This document shows, piece after piece, positions 59,063-64,000 of a DNA stretch of 64,000 nucleotides. The notes beneath the pieces are model-generated. The model ran no database searches, was not told the origin of the DNA, and saw only the letters and a program-made list of their open reading frames with translations. The stretch's first letter is position 1. Every line of letters begins with the position of its first letter. The stretch lies in assembly GCA_043228905.1 (NCBI GenBank), contig JBHGNT010000013.1, forward strand, positions 19,344,001 through 19,408,000, in the 5' to 3' direction. The position numbers and the translations under genes are program-made. The stretch comes from Azolla caroliniana (taxonomy: Eukaryota; Plantae; Polypodiophyta).

Positions 59063-62029
59063 ATGGCGATGGTGGGTGCGTCCTCTGTGATTTCTTCTAG
59101 AGCAGCAACTCCCTGCTTCCGCTCAGTCTGCCTTTCTCTCTTCGCGCGTAGAACTCCATCTACCTCCCCGCCCCTGTCCTTTTCTCTTCATATTTCTACT
59201 TTCTCTTCTTCTTCTTCTTCTTCTTCTTCCATGGATTCTGGATGTCGTGATAAAAAGATGTTGCCTGCTGCTGGTTGCCTGCCTCGAAGAAAATATCTCT
59301 GCTACTACTACTCGCAAGGACTCTGCACGCTGGTAACATTCGTCGCCAGAATTCTGTTTTGTTTTATCTATCTTATATTGCCCTGTCTATCTACGTGTCA
59401 ATCATTCAATCACGCATTCTGTATCTGGCGCCTTTTTTTAAAATTCTTTGGAAAAAGCTGTACATATTCGAGCTTCTGGGAACAAGTTGTACACAGTCTC
59501 TAGAAAATTCTGAAGAAGTTGTCACAGTGCCCGCCATTTCATGACACGTTATATGATGGGGTTTCAAGAAATCTTCATAGGACTCATCATGCCCCCATAT
59601 TAATACTTAGACTTTGTACAAAATATATATTTTTTCCGAATGTTTTATTAGTATATTATTGGTTTTACATATAGCTTTGATTTTGGTTTTAATGGTTACT
59701 GCATCCACAGCAACCTGTTATTAGTATATTATTGCCATTATATTTAGCTTTGATTTCGTTCTAATGGTTACAGCGTCCTTTTTTTCCATGTATTACCAGG
59801 GTCATGATCCACTGCACCTATCAAAATTTACGCATGAGTATCCAAATCTTCATGTGCAACCAATTAGTTTGAAGAAACTCCAATCCCAACCTTTCCGATA
59901 TTATTTGGTTTTAGACTTGGAAGGCATGGTGGAGATTTTAGAATTTCCTGTGGTGATGATTGATGCCAAGAATCTTCAAGTCGTTGATCGCTTTCACAGG
60001 TATATATGAGTGCCATCATTCAATTTCTATGCCATAAAAAGGAAAGAAACGTTAAGAAGATAAGGTGTTTTGCATGTTCATTTTTTACCAGATTTGTAAG
60101 ACCAGTCAAGATGTCAGAGGCGAGGATTGACGAGTATATTGAAGGGAAATATGGACGATGGGGCTTAGACCGGTGTAGTTCTCTCGTCTACATAACCAGA
60201 TGATTCGTAATGTTAGGTCAACACTTTTGGCTTTTGAGTTTAAATGTTTAAGTAATTAGTATGCCTTGCTCATTTTGTATTCTTTGGAACATTTTCTATA
60301 CCCAAAAAGGATTCTGAGTTAGCTTCTCTTTTGACTCTAGTTGTTGTGCTAGATCTGACCCCAAATCCAAATGCATGTAGTGATTATTTCGCTAAAACTT
60401 GTCTGAGATTCTCACAAATTTGGAGCAGTTTGAAAAAGCATGCTGGAGACTAGTAAAAATAAATAGATGGATATATATCTTTCCTTTTAATGGCCAGGGG
60501 AGACCGATTGTGATCTATGAAATGGGGCCCAGCCCATGGTGAGGCTCAAACTTGGGTTCTCTCAGTTTTATGACCTGATGCCGTGGTGTAAAAAAGCTCA
60601 TCCAATGGAGCTCACCAAATAATTCATCTATATTGATATTCAACTGAATTTCTAGCTTTTGTGGAGATATATGTACCAATGTATTCTAGATTTAGTTGAA
60701 TAGTACTCAAAACTTGAATATTTTATCCTTCCAATATTGGATTTTGGCAATGCCCCTGTATCTATGTCGCAGATGTCATTTATTTTTATCTGGAAATTCA
60801 TATTAAACTAGCAAGCAGACAGGGATATATGCTGATGCATAAATGAAAAATAATCATTTGTTCAAAATAAGCGAGTTGGTGATGTGTTGGACTAAGTTAT
60901 TGTTCATGTAATCACATCACGAATCTGTGCTGGTATATGGATTTCAAATAGTTGATCAGACAATCAATGTAATTGAGTTGGTGATGTGTTGGAGTAAGTT
61001 ACTTGTCATCTAATCACATCACATGAACCCATGCTGATAAATAGTTGATACAGATAATCAATGTATCTTCAAACAATATAAGTAAATTCATGATTTGCTG
61101 CAGCCAACTAATTGCTTTTTGTTGGTTTACAGTGTCTGGCATGATACTGCAATACCATTCACAGAGGTGCTGAATCTTTTTGAGGAGTGGATGGAAGGTC
61201 ATGGGCTATGGGATGTTTCACATGGTGGCAAGATGAAAGATGCTGCATTTGTAACATGGTGATGATATGTGCATAACATAGTTGGAAAAATGTCTATATT
61301 ATTAAGGGAATTTCTCCAAAATAACCATAAGTTTTTTTCTAAAAGCCCTTGATTTTTCGTTATTTTCTGAATGTTCATGACTAACCCCAAAAGCAAAAGA
61401 GAAAAAGAAAACAAAAATAATATAGCTAGGTGATTGCACAAATAGCACATGTCATCAAGAAGAAAGGGTTGAATTGACCTTACAATTACTCAAATAGCAG
61501 GTGCAATTGCCCTTTTGGGGCATTTGGGGAAATAACTAAATCTTAAGGGCTTTTGGGAGTATTTCTCAAATTTTCACTCTCAAGAACTATTGCTTATAAA
61601 AATTCTCTTTGTACCAGTGGAAACTGGGACATCAAGACCAAAATCCCGCAACAATGTACGACATCATCGATTCACCTTCCACCATACTTTTGGGAGTGGA
61701 TTAACCTGAAGGATATATATTTAAATTTTTACAAGAGAAAGGTATATATATTTCTTCTGATATCCTCTATTTTCACAATTCATTACCAATGGTATTATAT
61801 AGAGTTATTAATTCATGAGGATGATCAGGCTGGAGGGATGATGGCTATGCTAAAGGGTTTACAAATGCCGATGACTGGAACACATCATGTGGGACTAGAT
61901 GATGCACATAACATTGCCAGAGTACTTCAGAGGATATTAATTGATGGTGCCATTGTCCAAATAACAGGAAAGAGGAGTGCCAAAGATCCATCAGTTGTAA
62001 AATTTATGTTTAAATCTCGCATTAAATGA
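59063..62029 (+). CDS. ERI1/ERI3-like DEDDh 3'-5' exoribonuclease with N-terminal Cys/His motif and a possible transit peptide, 6 exons, about 333 aa
   Basis: Exons 59063-59332, 59800-59999, 60092-60172, 61133-61258, 61618-61741, 61829-62029 (1002 nt, all GT-AG, in frame). Motifs YYLVLDLEG...EILEFP (ExoI), FHRFVRP, AFVTCGNWD (ExoII), WINLK, GTHHVGLDDAHNIARV (ExoIII). Confidence 0.9.
59204..59229 (+). repeat. Coding (TCT)n microsatellite giving a poly-Ser tract
   Basis: Encodes the Ser run immediately before the Met at 59231. Confidence 0.9.
59641..59778. repeat. Diverged ~65-bp direct duplication in exonuclease intron 1
   Basis: TTATTAGTATATTATTG...TAGCTTTGATTT...TAATGGTTAC at 59641-59706 and 59716-59778. 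Confidence 0.85.
60873..61065. repeat. Diverged tandem duplication (period about 102 bp) in exonuclease intron 3
   Basis: GAGTTGGTGATGTGTTGGA.TAAGTTA...TAATCACATCAC...AAATAGTTGAT...AATCAATGTA starting at 60873 and at 60975. Confidence 0.88.
61306..61567. mobile_element. Possible MITE-like relic in exonuclease intron 4
   Basis: Left-side GGGAATTTCTCCAAAA, AAAAGCCCTT and CCCCAAAAG are imperfectly mirrored by CTTTTGGGG, AAGGGCTTTT and TTTTGGGAGTATTTCTC; no clear TSD. Confidence 0.45.
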
Positions 62030-64000
62030 GCTCTATGCTGTACTGTTTAGATTAAAAATATTTGAGTTATGTTCTAAGCTGTGATCATATTTCCTTGTGG
62101 AAAAAGAAATTTTTCCTTTATATGGAGAATTTCAAGGGCCCGTAAATGTAATGGAAATTAAGTAAAGTGTGATTTGAAAATTTGAGATTTTAGTCTCTCT
62201 CTCCCTGAGCTTGACTCTTTATTGAATCAGTAATTAAGTTTGATTAATGACTTCTACTGATGATTTACTTTGATGCATTTGTGTTTTGAATTTGTCTGTA
62301 CTTTAGTTCATTGAACCAACAGGTTGTAGGATGCACAACTGGAGATGAGCATTATTTTATAAATGTCAAAATCAAATATGATAGCATAACACAAGGATGT
62401 AGTAATCCTATGAAGCGTTTACCATCCTCACTCGGAATTATTATGTTCAATGGAAAAATGAATTAGAGTTTCATCCCCACTTGGAATTTACTTGGTCATT
62501 AGTAAAATGGATAAGGTTTGACCTTTTCATGTTGAAACCCACATCTGATTGATTTAAACATCTTATCATTGTTTTGTGCTCCAAGCAGCTCGAGCATATC
62601 ATATATTATGCTTAAGAAATCATGCTTCATCACTTATGATTACACAAGTTTATCCCTTATCACTTACTGGATACACTTTGTAACAAATTGGTCTCATGCA
62701 TGTATGAGAACACATTTTAATCCCTTTTTATGTTCATCTGCTTGACATTATTTGCAACATCCTTTGCACATTTAGCGAAATGCTATTTTTATGTTTTCAA
62801 TTATGAGGTTAAGGGCTTCAAGAAAATCACATTTATAAATTAGGGAATTAAGAAATAGGATCCCATTGCCAATACCACCTCTCTACACACGTATTCAAGA
62901 GAAATAGTTACTATGTATATGACTCTAAAAAACTTAGAATAAATCATATCTAGAGTTCATATAATCCATTGGGAAAGAACTTTTGAGTGTGGTTGCACAT
63001 CACTAAATAATTGATAAGATAACTTGACAATTGTATAGTAGGAAGGTGACATGTTTTTGATAAGGTCGTTATTGATTTGAAGTGAGGCATATCTAACAAG
63101 CCCTACTTTTCTTTCAGATTTGAAGAGAATGATCATTAAATGAGCTTTGGCAAACAAAGAAGAATAGTTTACAACTATTTTTTTTTATAGCTTTGTTTGG
63201 GAAGAAACCAAGTACGTGATTATTTGTTCACCTCTTAAGATGAGAAGACAATAGAGTTGGGTTGATATCATGCAGGATAAAGTGATTGTGTGGTTTTTCA
63301 TTGAACATTCTTACACATAGAATGTGTAGATGGAGTCATGTGGCTGATCTTAAAAAATCTCTCACTTTTTTATTCATTATGTTTTTGTCTTTGGTTATAC
63401 ATAGTAACATAGCCACATTTAGTATAATTACTTTGAGAATATCTTCACTTAACTTCGTCTAGAGTTTCTCTACAATAACTTCCTAAGATCCGCCTGTCTT
63501 TGTACTCCCATCATTAATCATGTACTTGTAGTAGTGACACCAAATAAGCACATTGTAATTCATGTTTTGGTTCCATGTTTGCATTATTTTATATCCATAT
63601 ATTGGGTATATCTAAAGACAACTTCCAAGTTTGAGCCTAAAGTCTTTCCACAATCCACTAAAAACTTGAAATGACAAAAACGAGCTTCATATTTCCAATG
63701 TGTAAGTTTATCATCCAATAGAAATTCTAATAGCTCATAATGTCACAATTAATTCCAAAGTACCAACAATTATAATTTATAAATATTAATGCATGCCACA
63801 AAATTAGAAACTTGAATCCAAAGTACCATATTTTACAACCTTATTGCATTAAGTGGAAATGTTCTTCCTCGTATGTATTTATCCATAAATATACTATAGG
63901 TAGATTATGTCTTCAATGTTAAATGTCGAATTGGATCTCCTAGTATGGTTGATCTTGCTGTAAGAAATATTCATCAATGTAAGTAGGCCTCTCAAAAAAT

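Noticed and set aside
60873-61065. Intronic tandem units as a box C/D snoRNA pair
   Set aside because: GTGATGT is not a proper box C, a terminal box D and closing stem are not consistent between units, and I recognise no rRNA guide; a simple duplication explains it

Overview
AT-rich, intron-rich eukaryotic nuclear DNA, most likely from a land plant with flagellated sperm (bryophyte/lycophyte/fern-grade; inferred, not proven). About 80% of the window is one complete minus-strand gene for a single-headed inner-arm axonemal dynein heavy chain (915..52534). I assembled it by hand into 46 exons that splice in frame to about 4171 aa, including two GC-AG introns. Its introns hold more than 25 fragments of one RTEX-like non-LTR retrotransposon family with a conserved 3' hairpin and (TTTC)n tail, one decayed Ty1/copia element, and a 1.8-kb non-coding element with long terminal inverted repeats and a candidate 9-bp target-site duplication. 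Upstream lie a decayed L1/Tx1-type LINE (about 54080..57020) and a divergently oriented 6-exon ERI1/ERI3-like DEDDh 3'-5' exoribonuclease gene (59063..62029). I found no RNA genes or CRISPR arrays, and nothing I can establish as a new biological system. The strongest leads are: a 166-bp tandem duplication across the dynein start that creates a uORF copying the dynein N-terminus; two young LINE copies sharing the same stop codons; 70-110-bp self-nesting LINE 3'-end insertions; and a TIR element carrying promoter-like cargo inside a dynein intron.
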